The notes under the pieces were generated by a model that was not told the DNA's origin, did not search any database, and was given only the letters and a program-made list of their open reading frames with translations. Source: Raillietiella orientalis (taxonomy: Eukaryota). From it: DNA of 64,000 bases. This document shows, piece after piece, positions 14,201 to 27,649 of the stretch (its first letter is position 1; every line of letters begins with the position of its first letter). The position numbers and the translations under genes are program-made. The DNA is taken from positions 3,720,001-3,784,000 of the forward strand of contig JAYWIR010000014.1 in assembly GCA_036172245.1 (NCBI GenBank), given 5' to 3'.

Positions 14201-17200
14201 GGAACGAAAGACTGGGAGGCTCCCCAAAGGTGTTTCAAGAGCCGAGGAGCGCAAGGGGCAATGGTGCCTCATCCAGACAGCCGCACTGCCGAGATTAGCA
14301 AGAAGAAATGAGGCATCCTCCTCCCCTCCCTCCCTCCCTCCCTTCCTACCCCTCTCGGCCTTTCTGTGCGTGCTCCTGGCAGGAGGTGACTGATCGGGAG
14401 CCGGCGGCATAGCCAGTCGCGACCTCGGGATGGGGACGACTCCAAAGGGACACGGGAGGGCTTCGAGTCTGAATGCTCGGACCGAACCCAAAGCTTCGTC
14501 TCCCGTCCCGAGTCCCGCGCGCGCTCCTCCTTCCTCTCCCGATAAAAGGATGGTTGCCAGGTAACCATTACGAGCGCCGTCTCGTGCATAGCTGGTCACA
14601 GTAATCATCGCTGGTCATCGCTTCTCGCCCCTTTGGCTAAGATCAAAGTGAAGCGAGCAGTGCATGCTGCACAGCCACCTCGTGTGGAAACCGAAAGTTG
14701 TCTTCATGAACATTCGATCTTGTCGGATTCAATTGAATTTGTACGCCTGTATACAAAATCCCGTAAATTTGATTTCCTTATTGCAGATACGCATTGCATG
14801 TGCATTGTGCTCTGAACGCAAGTAGTGTACTGCACCTACTATATAGTAACATCATATAATATAAATGTACATTATGCGTTTAATATATTCGTGGTTGGTA
14901 ATGTAATGTACACATTATCACGTCAATGTACGGCGATCACTTAGAATCGATAATGCTCAACTCGTGATTTAAGGGAACGGGACGCTCACGACTCGTCCAG
15001 AAGTACCGAAAATCGTCGCGCATATCCCTGGTCCTCGATCCTTCCTCACTTCCTCCTTCCAGCAGTCGCGGCGCTTCCCAACAGGCGGCCGCGGCCCCTA
15101 GCCCGAGTGCCCCCTGCCTCGTCCTTCGCGGGCCGGCTCGCCACCTGTGCCGTAGGTTCTTCCCTTCCCCCTCCGCTCCCCAACGAAACGAGAGGGCCAC
15201 GAAGTTAGCTGGTCCTCGCCAGAGAACGCAGGCTTAGAGAGGAGCTCGGAGGAGCCACTGATCGGAGGTACCGTCAGTCTGCCTGCGAGACACGCGGATG
15301 AGGAAGCGGCAAATCTTGTAAGACGACTGGAGAGGCAACGGAACTGGAGTGCAGCTTCCTCCTCCCCCTCGCGAACCACCGAAGGCCGGGTGTCTTCGAG
15401 GCCCGCGATACGCTCAGCAGACGGGGGGAGGATCCCAGACGCGGAGGAAGGATGCACCTCTTGCGCTTGCCTCAAGCGACCCCAAGTGCGAAGACGCCGG
15501 TGTGGAGCCCGCCCACGCTGCTTTGCTCTTCGTCGTCATGGAGACGCTCAAGTTTCGGAGTCATCTGAATTCCGCAACTGCCCTGTTTTGTTTTTTTTCT
15601 CGATTGCTTCCTACCCTGCCTCCTATGTTTACTACATCTCGTTCCCCGGCCTAGACTCCACTGAGGACGTCCTCTTTCCTCATGGACCAAAGGTCAGATA
15701 GAGAAGGCTCATCTCCTACTAATCTCTGCGGTGCACTGGGTCCATGCCCTCCCCTTTCAAAAAAAGGGTCCCTCTTCTTTTGCTCGCTGCTCGCTCAATT
15801 TCCCTCATTCTCTCCCCTTTCAAGGTAAGCAGAGCAGCCCACCGCCTCGACCTAGCCTGATGTCTCCTCCCTTCTCCTCCGGCTGAATTCTCACCACAAC
15901 CTCCCATGGATCGTGCAACTCGGAGACGGAAGTGCCAATCTTGCGAACCGGACAACGGCGAACGCGTTGCTCCCCCCGAGCTGCTTCCTGTGTGTCATTC
16001 CTCCCTCTTGTCGGCCTCTCTGCACACACCCGGAAACCACCACGTTTCGTTTCGTTCTTTGACAGTACCTTGGGAGAGTTCAGGAAGCCTGGGAGGAATG
16101 ATGCGAGGAACGGGAATTGGGATAAAACGTGGAAATTACATGCCTGTAGCGTTGTGTTGACCCTACGTGGGGATTCCTCGCTCTCTCCACTTCCTGATCT
16201 TTCTCTCACAAAGACCAACTTAAAGAGCAGTGTGAAGACCGAGGCTTAGTTGACGGAGAGCATCTTAAGCAGGTCCAGCGAGACAGATTCCATAGGTCAT
16301 GCTGGCATGCAGAACTTCCCGAATCTCTAGAATCCTTTCCCATCATGCTTATCTTTAGGATGTGCTTCAACGGGTACATTTTAGTCAAAGTCCATGTTTC
16401 TTCCAGTTTATATAGCTCCCAACATCTGGACCGTTTTCCAGAATAATGCTTTTACACTTAAGCCAGCTGAGGATCAGTTTCATTTCTCCATTCCCAATCA
16501 AAGCTGTAAAGCTCTCCAGATTCTTATCTCTTTGCTTAATCCATTTCCCGTTGTTGACTTTTCATTTAGGAAACTTCGTCTTCTCCGTGTACACGACAAT
16601 TCTTGGAGGAAAAAAATTGAAGAATAGAGGAAAGGATTCTGCAAAGTGTGTTTGGAAACTTCTAAGAAGCTTCTCAAGACGTTTTTAAGAAGCTCCTACC
16701 AGAAGCTGGTGAAGAAGTTCGAAAAGATGAGAAGATAACCGAAGCGACACACGAAGCGATGATCTCCTTAGACTTATTTCTATGATGAGAAATGTCCACT
16801 GAAGCTGGACGTCAATTGCACATCTGTGGTAACACATGAAAACGCAAAGATTGCTTGTGATTCTTGAATTTACAAAGACCCTGTAGTGCAGAAATCCACG
16901 GTCTTCAGGGATTTGTTCTAGAACAAAATCCTGAAGACGTGAGGACGATAATACAATGCGGCGTGCCAAATTGAATGTTTCCATAGATCAGTTTAGAAGT
17001 AGAATGAAAAGGAACTTATCGAACATGAGACTTTCGTGGGAAAAGCCTGTGGAATTGGAACCTATCTTTAGCTGGATATCTTTATAGATGATATTTGAAA
17101 TAAAATGGAATAAATTCTGGAATAAAATCACCAAAGCAAATAGTGCTATCTTGCTGATTACTAATGAAGCACTATTTTGATGTGGTGCCTGCCGTCTTTA

Positions 17201-19284
17201 TGGAATACAAATAGCAATGAGCTCAACGAGCTTTTACTCAAATGGATCTTAGCTTGAGTTCTTGGAAGTTGCAAAGCACCCTTGACTTCATTTCTCTTAG
17301 TGGTCTCCATTATATTATTGAGTAAGCTTTCAAAAATTTCGTAATGTCTATAGAGCACACTGGTAAGGAATTTTTAAGTGATCAAGTACGGAGATTGATT
17401 TTTCTACAATTAGAACCGCTATACAAGTTGCAGAGTTTTTTTTTTTTCTTTCATGATTAGTACGGGTAGGAACATGGCAGCGTTGCACAAAAAACTAAAC
17501 AAAAGTGTCGGCTCTACCGGTTACTGAAATGTATGTCCTTGAAACGACACATTACAAAGATGGACAGGACGCTAAAATAGCATGTGAAAGTTTGTGCTTT
17601 AAAGGAAACCTGACAAGGAAGCACTCGCAAGGATTCTTGGGAGACATGATGGGAATACCATCGTTCTCATGTCTTTTCCATATATTTATTTTTTTAATAT
17701 ATGTACCACAGAAGCAGTTTTTTTTTTGTTTCCTGATGGATAGGATATGTACAAGATCTCATTCAAAGGCAAACATATAAGGGCAAAGATTAGAAGGGAA
17801 CATTAATTCTTAATCATGAAAATCTAACAGCTACTTCCTCATCTTGCTGATACTACTGATCATGCAAGACAGAGCATGGTCTATTGGATGCCATAATTTG
17901 TGAATCATGCCAGTGTTTATCTTTGAATTTCTATATTGTTACTCTTGAAGATTGCTAATGTATCACAGAAGCATCCTTACTTTATTGACCATTTCGTGAC
18001 TTTTCAATCTTTTCTGATTTAGTTAGATATCTGGGATGCTTTTGTTTCAGGATTGTGTGCGTGAAAAGATGTAAGACAGATCTTCAATGCTTCCTTCCTT
18101 AGAAACGACTTGGAACATACATTACACTCATAAATGCAAAGACGATAATGGTTTTCTCAACAAGTAAGCTCCTTAGATATAGTACCTGTGATGAGTAGAA
18201 TTAATTCACATTTTGTTCTCAGAAGAATTATTGTCTGAGTTTCAGATCTGATAATTGCCTGATTCCCCGACCACATGTCCATGTTCGTTGTCTTGTAAAT
18301 AACATCATTGTTAATAGGAGCTTATAACAATTCTGAATCTACTTGGTTTTCTTTACTGCAAGCTACATTAGTTTTGATCATTTCACTTTGAAATAATCCC
18401 AATAATCATAAAATATCTATTGAATTCAAATTATCACTCAATTCTTCTACTTAACCTAGAAACTAAACCAAACGAAGACATTATTTTAATAATGCCCCGT
18501 GAAATGCAAATTCATGCAATTAGCCATCTTGTTTTTTTTCTTTTGTTTTTGTTTATGCCTCCTTTCTTCTGCTAATAGTTTCTTGAGTATTGCAATGAAT
18601 TTAAAATAGTTATTATTAAACCCTACCGTGCGTTTAAGTCCAAATTAGATCACATTGCATTTATATCTATTCATAAATGATTAATTTTATTTTAAGAAGA
18701 CATCTCGAAATTTCCTATTGTGTTTTGTGCAAGAGTTTTGTATTTTGTGATGATTTAAAGAGCTTCTGAGAAATGCAACAACAACTGTTTTCGAGAATGG
18801 AAACAAAATAGAAACTAAAACAATGAATAAATTTTTCCATATTTTGTCTTTTATTTTTAAAATTCCTTGATATAGAAAAAATGTTTTGTATGATTTTGAA
18901 AAAAATCTTTCTATCTTTCTTATTTTGGTGATCTTGGTAATGCATATGGTAACTCAAGCACTTCCGTTTGGTGTGTTTTTGTCGGATGCTCTGCACGGTT
19001 TCTTGCAGAAATCGGCAGCAACTATCATTTGTTTTAAGCGTGAAAATAATTTCTCGTGCCTTTTGTATCCTGCAAAATTTCAAACTGTTGAGTGTGTGTA
19101 GCATTGCATACCTTTATTGGTGAACCCCATCAACAGTTTTGAGTTTCTCCATTGCACATGCAATTATATTTGATTAATTTGCAATATTTTTTTTTATAAA
19201 GTATTCGTAATAGTTACGTATTTATATGTGTGTAGGGTCGATATTCCATGTAAGGAAAACACTGTATTTGTTTGAAACTTAATC

Positions 19285-20249
19285 ATGGCAGATGCACCAT
19301 CCCGTGGAGGTTTTAGAGATGGCTTTAGTTCACGAGCACGTGGTCGTGGTCGTGGTAAAGGTCGAGGAAGAGGTAGAGGACGTGGTAAGGAAAGTGAAAA
19401 AGAATGGGTTCCCGTTACCAAGCTGGGGAGGTTGGTAAAAGATGGAAAAATAAAAAGTTTAGAGGAAATATACATGTTCTCATTTCCAATCAAGGTTTGT
19501 TTGCTTTTTTGCATGTTTTTCATTTTACCAAAAGATTATCTAGGAACATGAAATTATCGATTTTTTCCTGGGAACGACTCTAAAAGACGATGTATTGAAA
19601 ATTATGCCTGTACAAAAACAAACTAGAGCAGGACAAAGAACTCGATTTAAGGCATTTGTTGGTGAGTAATGATGTTGAGGTTAATTGTGTGATAGCATGA
19701 TTATTTAGCTATCGGCGATTTTAATGGTCATGTTGGACTAGGAGTTAAATGTTCGAAAGAAGTAGCTACTGCAATTAGAGGAGCTATGACATTAGCCAAG
19801 TTATCAGTTATTCCTGTTAGAAGGGGATATTGGGGGAATAAGATAGGCAAACCACATACGGTTCCATGTAAAGTAACAGGAAAATGTGGTAGTGTGGTTG
19901 TGCGCCTGATCCCTGCTCCTAGAGGAACAGGTATAGTTGCTGCTGCAGTCCCCAAAAAACTTTTACATATGGCTGGGATTGAAGACTGTTACACATCTGC
20001 CAAGGGAAGTACATCAACGCTTGGAAATTTTGGTCAGTATTTTGTTTGATTTCAGTGTCTCCTAATCATTATAATGTAATTGCTATAGCTAAGGCAACTT
20101 ATGCTGCTATTGCTGAAACATATGCCTACCTAACTCCTGATTTATGGAAGGATGTGCCATTTAAAAAGTCCCCTTATCAAGAATTTACTGATTATTTAGC
20201 AAAACATCATCGCCCTATTGGTGCACGCCAAGAACAGAAAGCATATTGA
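19285..20249 (+). CDS. RPS2: 40S ribosomal protein S2 (uS5); exons 19285-19494, 19544-19661, 19709-20032, 20089-20249
   Basis: RG-rich N-terminus, then [64 protein letters not shown] and YLTPDLW. Three GT-AG introns (49, 47, 56 nt) join in frame. Confidence 0.98.
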
Positions 20250-22547
20250 CATAAATAATTAAGTGGTCAGGTTTAATGTTTATTTCATTTGGCTTGCATG
20301 AAACCATGCTAGCTGATTAGTTTGTAGTGTTTTCCATTTAGTGAAAGTGTACGAGAAATTTTCATCCTATCACTACAGCAAATGTTTATGTCAAGAGGGA
20401 TGCTCTTGCATTCTATAGGTTTACTGGGTTTCAATAGTATGAATTTTCTCGTATTTAGTTGAGTCTTGCTGTATATCACTCAGGGGACCACTTAGTTTAT
20501 AAACAAAAAAATGTGACTAGATGTGTGGTGGAATTGGAAGCATTTATTATTGGAATTATATGGAAATCAATGGAAAAGCTTTTAAACATGGAGTCAGATC
20601 ATTTGTAAGCAATTGCCTTGATAAGAGTGTCTGTTGTGGTTCTCAGTTAATAGGAAAACAATCTATAAGACCTTTAGGTTTACTGGTGTTAAGTTGAACT
20701 AAATTTTGGATTATCTGTTGTTTCTGACTACCAAACTGAAAAATGAATCTCTTAATTTGATATAAGCAATAAGCAATGAGTGTGATAATTCGTGGGAAAC
20801 TCTGCAACCTGTATTGCTTTGCAATGACTACAAGTACTCATGCATGTTTCTAAGTATTTGTGATTGGTAAATTTCTAACAAGTACTAGTAACCTTTTGTG
20901 ATTACAAGTGGTGAAACTTTTTGATGAATGACTCAGCAGAAAATAGTGGCTTTCATTCTGCCTGCAAATAATGCTTTTCAAAAATATGCTGTGAAGGAAA
21001 ATTCATGGTTAAAATTCTGTCTGCAAGTTGTGAAGTTCAAATGTTACTTATTTGCAAAGATATGAGAAAGTACTAATGGACATAGAATGAACAAAAAATA
21101 AATAGCCAGTTAAATTGGTTATAAATTAGTTTTGGTGTCTCCAAAGCATTTAGGGAAGTTTTGTAAAACCTTTGGAAGTATTTATTTTTATATTTAATGC
21201 ACCCTTATGGCTTTAGGTGTGATTCAAATAGGTTTTCATTTAGAAGCAATACAAAAAAACATTTGTCAACTGAACAGGAGTATTTTTACTAACTTTGGAC
21301 TCTGCAAGAGTGCTGTTTACCAAAATAGTTTTCGATAAGTGTTAAGGGAATCTCGAAATTTGCTGTTTTTAATAGTTGCCAGTCACTTCTACTCGTACGG
21401 CCTTAACAGAATTAACATGAATATATTTTCTTCATTCTGATACAGCTGAAGGAAATTACAAAAGCACTGCAATTTGCATTTTCCTTTGGCCATACATTAA
21501 GCAATAGATTTCGTAATTTGAGTACATTTTCTTAATGCTACTTTCTCATGTACAGCATTTTTTGACATCTTCAGTTCTGGAAAATATAAAAAAAATCAAA
21601 TAGAAACTTTTTAACTGCATTAGGAAGGCAAACAGAAAACCTTTATAAAAAGTCGAAATTGGAGTTTGTTGCAGAGGATGACCAGTCCTAATTCAAGAAA
21701 ATAAACTAGTCCAAATGTAACTTCACCATGTATTTCGTTTCGCATTTCTCTTACTCATCAAAATATTAACTTTCTTGATACCCACAAAGATTGCTGGTGT
21801 ATCTCAAAAAACCTCAGCAGGGATGGGGCAACTCCAGTTGGAACAACCTTACCTCATATTCGAGCATCTTCATTCATTTAACATAGAACATTCCTCAAAG
21901 GACTTTTCTGACCTCCCAAAAGACCAACTGGCAACATGATTGAAGGGTTGAGGGATGAACATGCCAAAATGATCTGGTGAATCTCGGTAGTTTGATGAGG
22001 CAGTGTTTAAGGTGGGAGCATCCTGGTGAAAGTTCCTCTTGCAGTGCTAGTCTTCATTTTCTTTAAGCTTTCCTCGGTTTGTTCAAAACATTAACGCCAT
22101 CCTTGTTATCTACATCAGGGTTCATGCTGCTTGACTTGCTATGCCCAGCAATTGTCCCTTACCCCAGTTTATGTACCTGGTCTTTGTATGGCCATGTACT
22201 CAACAGCCGCTCATTGCGGTCGAAGTTGCCACACTGTTCCATCACTTATTGTTTGAACTCGGTTTCCTCTTTCGATTAAAAAAGTCAGCACTTGCGGTAC
22301 CAGCCCTAATGAGTTTTCCAAGCAGATTTTCGAATTCGAGTAAGTCTCCAAAGTTCCAAAAATAGTAGAAGTGGACTACCATGAGAGAGGTAGCTTTAAT
22401 TTCTGCGATAAACATAATTTTCCCCGATGTAACCTGTGATACTGCAGTCTAAAGTTAAGCAGGAATTTACGGGATGTGTATATTCCCAAATTTCTCTCGT
22501 ATAGCCAAGGTTTATTTCCCCCCCTCCCCCCCTTTAAAATGCGAATG

Positions 22548-25500
22548 TTATCGTAAATGAAGTAGCATTGATGCCGGTTGCTCGATGTATGCTTTCCACA
22601 GATTGGAAAATCTTGCCACAGTGGCCCCATCCACAACACGGTGATCGGCCGACCAACTGACCCTCATAATGCGGACTGCTTGCACAACGTCATTCTCATC
22701 GAACCGAGGCAGTTTCTAATGAAACACACTGCAGAGTGACAAAAGAACGTGGGAAAAAATCGAGAACCTGGATTTTCCCGATTGCTCCTATTGCTACTTC
22801 AGGTGGCAAAACTACAGGACTAGCATATGTGCCTCCGATCTGACAGTAATTTCATTACATGGTATGACCAAACTGATGTTAACTCACGCTGCCGATGTTC
22901 GACAAGGTGAATGTTCCTCCGGTGACATCTTTGGGAGACAACTTGCCTTTCGTTGCAAGCGACCGCAGCCGTTGCAATTCAGTATTCAGCTGAGAAATAC
23001 TCAAGTCCTGCACATTCTTTACATTTGGTACTAGAAGACCCTGTGGTGTATCCATGGCTACCCCTATGTTATGAGAACCACGCAAAGTGACTGTTTCGCA
23101 ATTTCCATCAACATGTGCGTTTAACGAAGGAAATGCTAGCAACGCCAGTGATGCAGCCTTAATAAAGAAAGGCATAAACGTGATGTGTGTGCCACTGAGG
23201 CTGTCACCGAAACTACTGCGTAAAATGGTCAACTGACTCATATCAATTTCATCACAATAACCGAAATGGGGGACTTTCAGGGCGCAGGTCATTGTCTTGG
23301 CCATTACTTTACGAATGTCTGTCAAAACTTCAACACGGTCCTTGGGTGTTGTAAATGGTGGGGGGCCACCGGGAGGTGATAACACCGGTTGCTTTTCGGT
23401 TTTCGTTTCGGGAAGTACTTGTTTTGAACGTAAACCTTCCTCTTGAAGATACCGAATGATATCTTCTTTAACTATTCTTCCATCCGGCCTGCTTGCAGAT
23501 ACTTTAGACAAGTCAACCTTTGAAAAGCGACATATACACGTGAACAAATACACACGTGAACAAAGATCACCTGGCTCTCTAATGCTATTCTACGTACAGC
23601 GGGTGTACAGAGAACTTTCACTCTAGAGTCACTTTCCTCTTGTACTTCACTGACTTCTTCGGGAATGGAAATAGTTATATCCGGGATTGCAGCACTGGAA
23701 TCCTCAGCTAGCAAGAACAATACATTATTTTATGCTAATCTATCAAGCACTGGAAAATGAAGAAAATTATGAAGAAATCAAAAAAAAAAATGGATTATGA
23801 AGAGTTTTTCCTTTTTTTTTAAAAAAAAAAAAAAAAGAAAGAAAGAAAAAAACAGGATTTTAACAATGACGGGTCAGGGTCAGGGTCACGAGCAATGGTA
23901 CAAAAACGACGAAGGCTTCTTGAAATTAAATGCCGCAAGACACAACTCGCACGGTATCGTTTTATCAATTTACAGTACTCAATTGGGCAGATCTGTACTC
24001 TCACAGTACTTAACATCGACCACTATGTGGTTTATTCTGCAATGCCGGACTAATAAGCAAGGAGGAATCTGTAAATCCCCCGAGAGGTCGAGTCTCGAGG
24101 AGCGAGATCAACACGCAAAAATGCCGAGTTAGGCTTGTAGGGATCGCGGCAAATACCAGACGGATCTGTCCTTCTAAGCTTTGAATTTCAAAGTTCGATT
24201 TGGCAAAATTCACCAGACGAAAAACTGGAAACACCAGAGTGGACGGGATCCACGTGGAAGAATGCACGCAGCTTCGCGCTGAATCGCACAGGTAAATTCC
24301 GCGTCTTTCCTGCGGCGAGCACCTCGGTTTCAACATAAAAGGGGACCACAGACGAGCAGACATGCAAAAGCACCACCGCCCTTCCCTGAAGGAAGGCTAC
24401 CCTAAACATCGTAGGTAAAACAGGGAAGTGACACGACCCTTCCGACCTCAGTCAGCAGCATGCGGGAAAGGGAAAACGAAAACCGAACCGTGGCGAGAGT
24501 CTCCATCGGCAAGTACGAGAAACCCTGCGTACACACAACTCGACGTACCACCCGCACTTGGGCACCTGATGGTCGAAACAGATTAGGTATTTACGCAAGA
24601 AATACAAAATACTTACGCGAGAAAAATGGCAGCACGTTGTAAATCACCACAGGGGAACGAATTTGTGTGAGATTTTTTATAGCGTGTCTGGAAATCCTAT
24701 AACGAAGTTGGCTTGGACAATTACAGATCTGAATATTATGAAACTGCACTCATGAATGGAAAGAATTATCTGTGCTTCCAAGACTTTGTTCTAATTATGC
24801 ACTAAATTTCTAGAATACTTGATCCACAGGGTTTCCTTAACGTTTCGCATTTATCATTTCAGAATTGAATACATAAAGTTCTCAATTTATGAGCATCATG
24901 AAATTTTATGTAAACATTGGTATCGAAAATGGTATCGAAAATAAGATGGTATCGAAATAAAGAACACAGATCTATCACTTTAGCTGTTACCCAATAAACA
25001 ATATGTGCAAATTAAACAATGACGGCTCAGATTGTTATCAAACCGAATTCATGAATGAAAGCAATGATTTGTTGTAATAATAAGCATAACGTTTAGATCA
25101 TAGTAGTAAGTTAAATTAAATAGGGAACAAATTAAGTTTGTCTCCACTGGCTGGAATGGAATTTTCCATCACAAAAACAGTCAAGAGATAGCATATCAGG
25201 ATGACACTCAGCTGACAGATGTAATAAATTAGAAGTGAACTAATCTTGGGTAGATATTCTCAGTTCTGCAAGCCAATTCAACTGATGACCTGTGCAAAGC
25301 AGATTTCTTGTTTAAATGAATTGTGAGAAATCATTCCTAAGAGAACTCAACGCCCACAGACTATTGGTAAAAATTTAGGGGAATGGAACTTTATGTTTTT
25401 AAGAAGGACTAATCTAGACTGAAGTGTCAAAAACATTGTACTCTCAGTTTGCTCAGTGACCACATCAAAATAGCTCTTTGTGAAATAAGTTTCCCTTGCT

Positions 25501-26812
25501 TACAGCAGTTTATCTTTGAAATCCATTAAACCTACCATCCTAGATATAAATCTTGTTCTTCACTTCACATTATGAGCATTAATTCATATAGGTAAATGAA
25601 TCCACTAATGGAAAATTTACCGATATATGTAAAGATATCAAGAGTATAAGTTGCTTCCTTGCATGTTTACAAATCTGCATTCTCATTGATTCTTATTTAT
25701 ATGGCAATTGACATACAAACCATCTTGTAGTGAACCTTTACATGAACTTTTATGACTACGGAATACATATTAAAAAAATCAAAGTATGAAAGCTCCACAT
25801 GAATGCTTTGCATATTCTTGAAAAATAATGGAAGCATATCAGATTAATACAGGCTTTTGATCTTATGATATCTGACTAGTGACAGACACTTAAAAATTAT
25901 AATTCAGGTATCTTTCAAAGGCTCAAATTATTAGCAAATGATGATAACTAATAAGAGTATCAGTTATCACACTGCATGCATTCATCCTTACATGTAATCT
26001 CCTCGGACAATTCAATATCAACGAGAGGCATTCCCACTCTCACTATATCTTCAACATCATGATGAAGGTTGGTGACACATCCATCATATCTGCTAGTTAT
26101 TGTTACTGATGCTTTATCACTCTGAACTTCACATATATTATCAAACTGCTGAATTCTATCTCCCACATTCACAAACCTACGAAAAGCACAACGCTGGGCA
26201 ACGGTATCTTCAATTATTAAGCTCTTAAATGTTCTTATACATATTGTACATGTATATATACATGGCTGTTCTTTTTCACCATGAATAATCTGTTTACCAG
26301 AAGTGTTAAGATATTTTACCATTCCTTCAAAACGACTTCAGCAATTCCTTCTCCTATATCCGAAAGTTTAAAAGGCACAATTTTCCCATGAAGAGTTACT
26401 GAGGCATGATAAAATGAAGGTCCAACCGAAAGACCAATGGGCATTACGCCTTGCTTTGCAGAAACACGAAAATTTTTTTCCTTCAAAAGAAATCGGCTGG
26501 AGATCACAGAGGCATAAGAGACAACAGTTCTCTGAAACATCTTGGGGTAGACGGCCAAAGGGACCGTATTTTGAAATTTTTGCATCAAAAGTACCTACGA
26601 AATAAAAAACCTTTGAGTACATAACCGCATGACACGTTTGGCACTTTTGCATGAAATCTTGAACAAAACACGGGTGATAGGAAGTGCATCATTTGAAGAA
26701 ACGAAATATGTCCATAATTATCAACCAAATCGGAATCTCCACATGCATACGAAACAACATGAACACGTACTCGAGTTTCAAAAAGACGTCTGTCAACAGG
26801 CGCAATTAGCAT
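22548..26812 (-). CDS. DBT: Dihydrolipoamide branched-chain transacylase E2 (BCKDH E2), mitochondrial; exons 26812-26771 (less certain), 26594-26320, 26176-25992, 23707-23571, 23517-22888, 22839-22768, 22715-22548
   Basis: Lipoyl domain [20 protein letters not shown]...[18 protein letters not shown]3-binding motif [14 protein letters not shown]...GRIVKEDI, and catalytic domain [49 protein letters not shown] introns are phase-compatible. Confidence 0.96.
24330..24506 (-). CDS. Candidate nested small ORF in DBT intron 3 (29 aa, [29 protein letters not shown]); coding exons 24506-24489 and 24401-24330
   Basis: Upstream 51-nt GTAAGT...CTAAT...CAG intron (24616-24566). An 87-nt GTTCGG...TTTAG intron (24488-24402) splits the ORF. 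AATAAA lies at 24036-24031. The whole unit is a CpG-rich patch in an otherwise AT-rich intron. Confidence 0.45.
24617..24957 (-). promoter_or_regulatory. Putative internal promoter / first non-coding exon inside DBT intron 3
   Basis: YY1-type GCCATTTT (24630-24623) just before a consensus GTAAGT donor. Three TGGTATCGAAA copies at 24918-24957 resemble the DRE element TATCGATA with one mismatch each. Confidence 0.4.
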
Positions 26813-27649
26813 GACCAAATGAGCCTGAGAAAACACCCAAACCAAATGTTTGATTGAAAATTATCAAGGCACACAAGAATAGAAAGAAAAAAAACAGACA
26901 ACGATGTGTGTATTTTTTTTTATGAACACCAAAAATGCCCTTTTCTGATGCTTATCATGAAAAGTTTACATGCTGTTATAGAATCATATCATTGAGAATA
27001 ATCATAATAATAATTAACGTTCTATTTTCTAAAAAACATAGACATCTCAATTTTAGAATTATTATAAAGCTATTTACAATAGAAAAATTCGATCAAAATC
27101 AATAATGGTGATAAAATGAGCACCATATCTGAGAAGAATTAAGAACGAATCGAGCTACTAAATTCGAGATATCTGGTTTTCATTGGTAATACCGGCTAGA
27201 AAGGAAAATTTGTTGCACCTTTTTGGAAAAAGGGAAGTTCCTCAGAGTAGCCAAAAGCTAAAGTAGTGTGAATTAAAAATCCTAAATTGAAATCCAAACG
27301 GAAACACGGAGGAAGAACTGAGAAAAACTTTGACCTTTGATAAAAGCTCCCGATGAATATGATTCTTTATTATTAAAAAGATCCCGCAATTTTGTTCTCA
27401 TTGCCAAAAAAAGCAATGAAAATACAACAATACGATAAATGATTTTACTTGTTTTAATAATACGCGCTGAAATGTTTATATAAATGGATCCTATGGGGGA
27501 TTTCTCATTATTAGAACTTATGGGAAAATACTTCAAGAGTCCCCGAGGTCCTTGCTATTCTTTGCCGTCAAAAAAAAAGTATAGATGATGCAAATAAAGT
27601 AAAGACAAATACTTGCATTAGTCTTATTTTTATCATTCTGCATATTTAT

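Noticed and set aside
24129..24136. AAGCCTAA on the DBT sense strand as a template for an intron-encoded telomerase RNA (TTAGGC repeat)
   Set aside because: Only 8 nt. The proteins look arthropod-like, where TTAGG is the usual repeat. I could not see a pseudoknot or H/ACA domain, and the surrounding splice and poly(A) signals fit an mRNA-like unit better.
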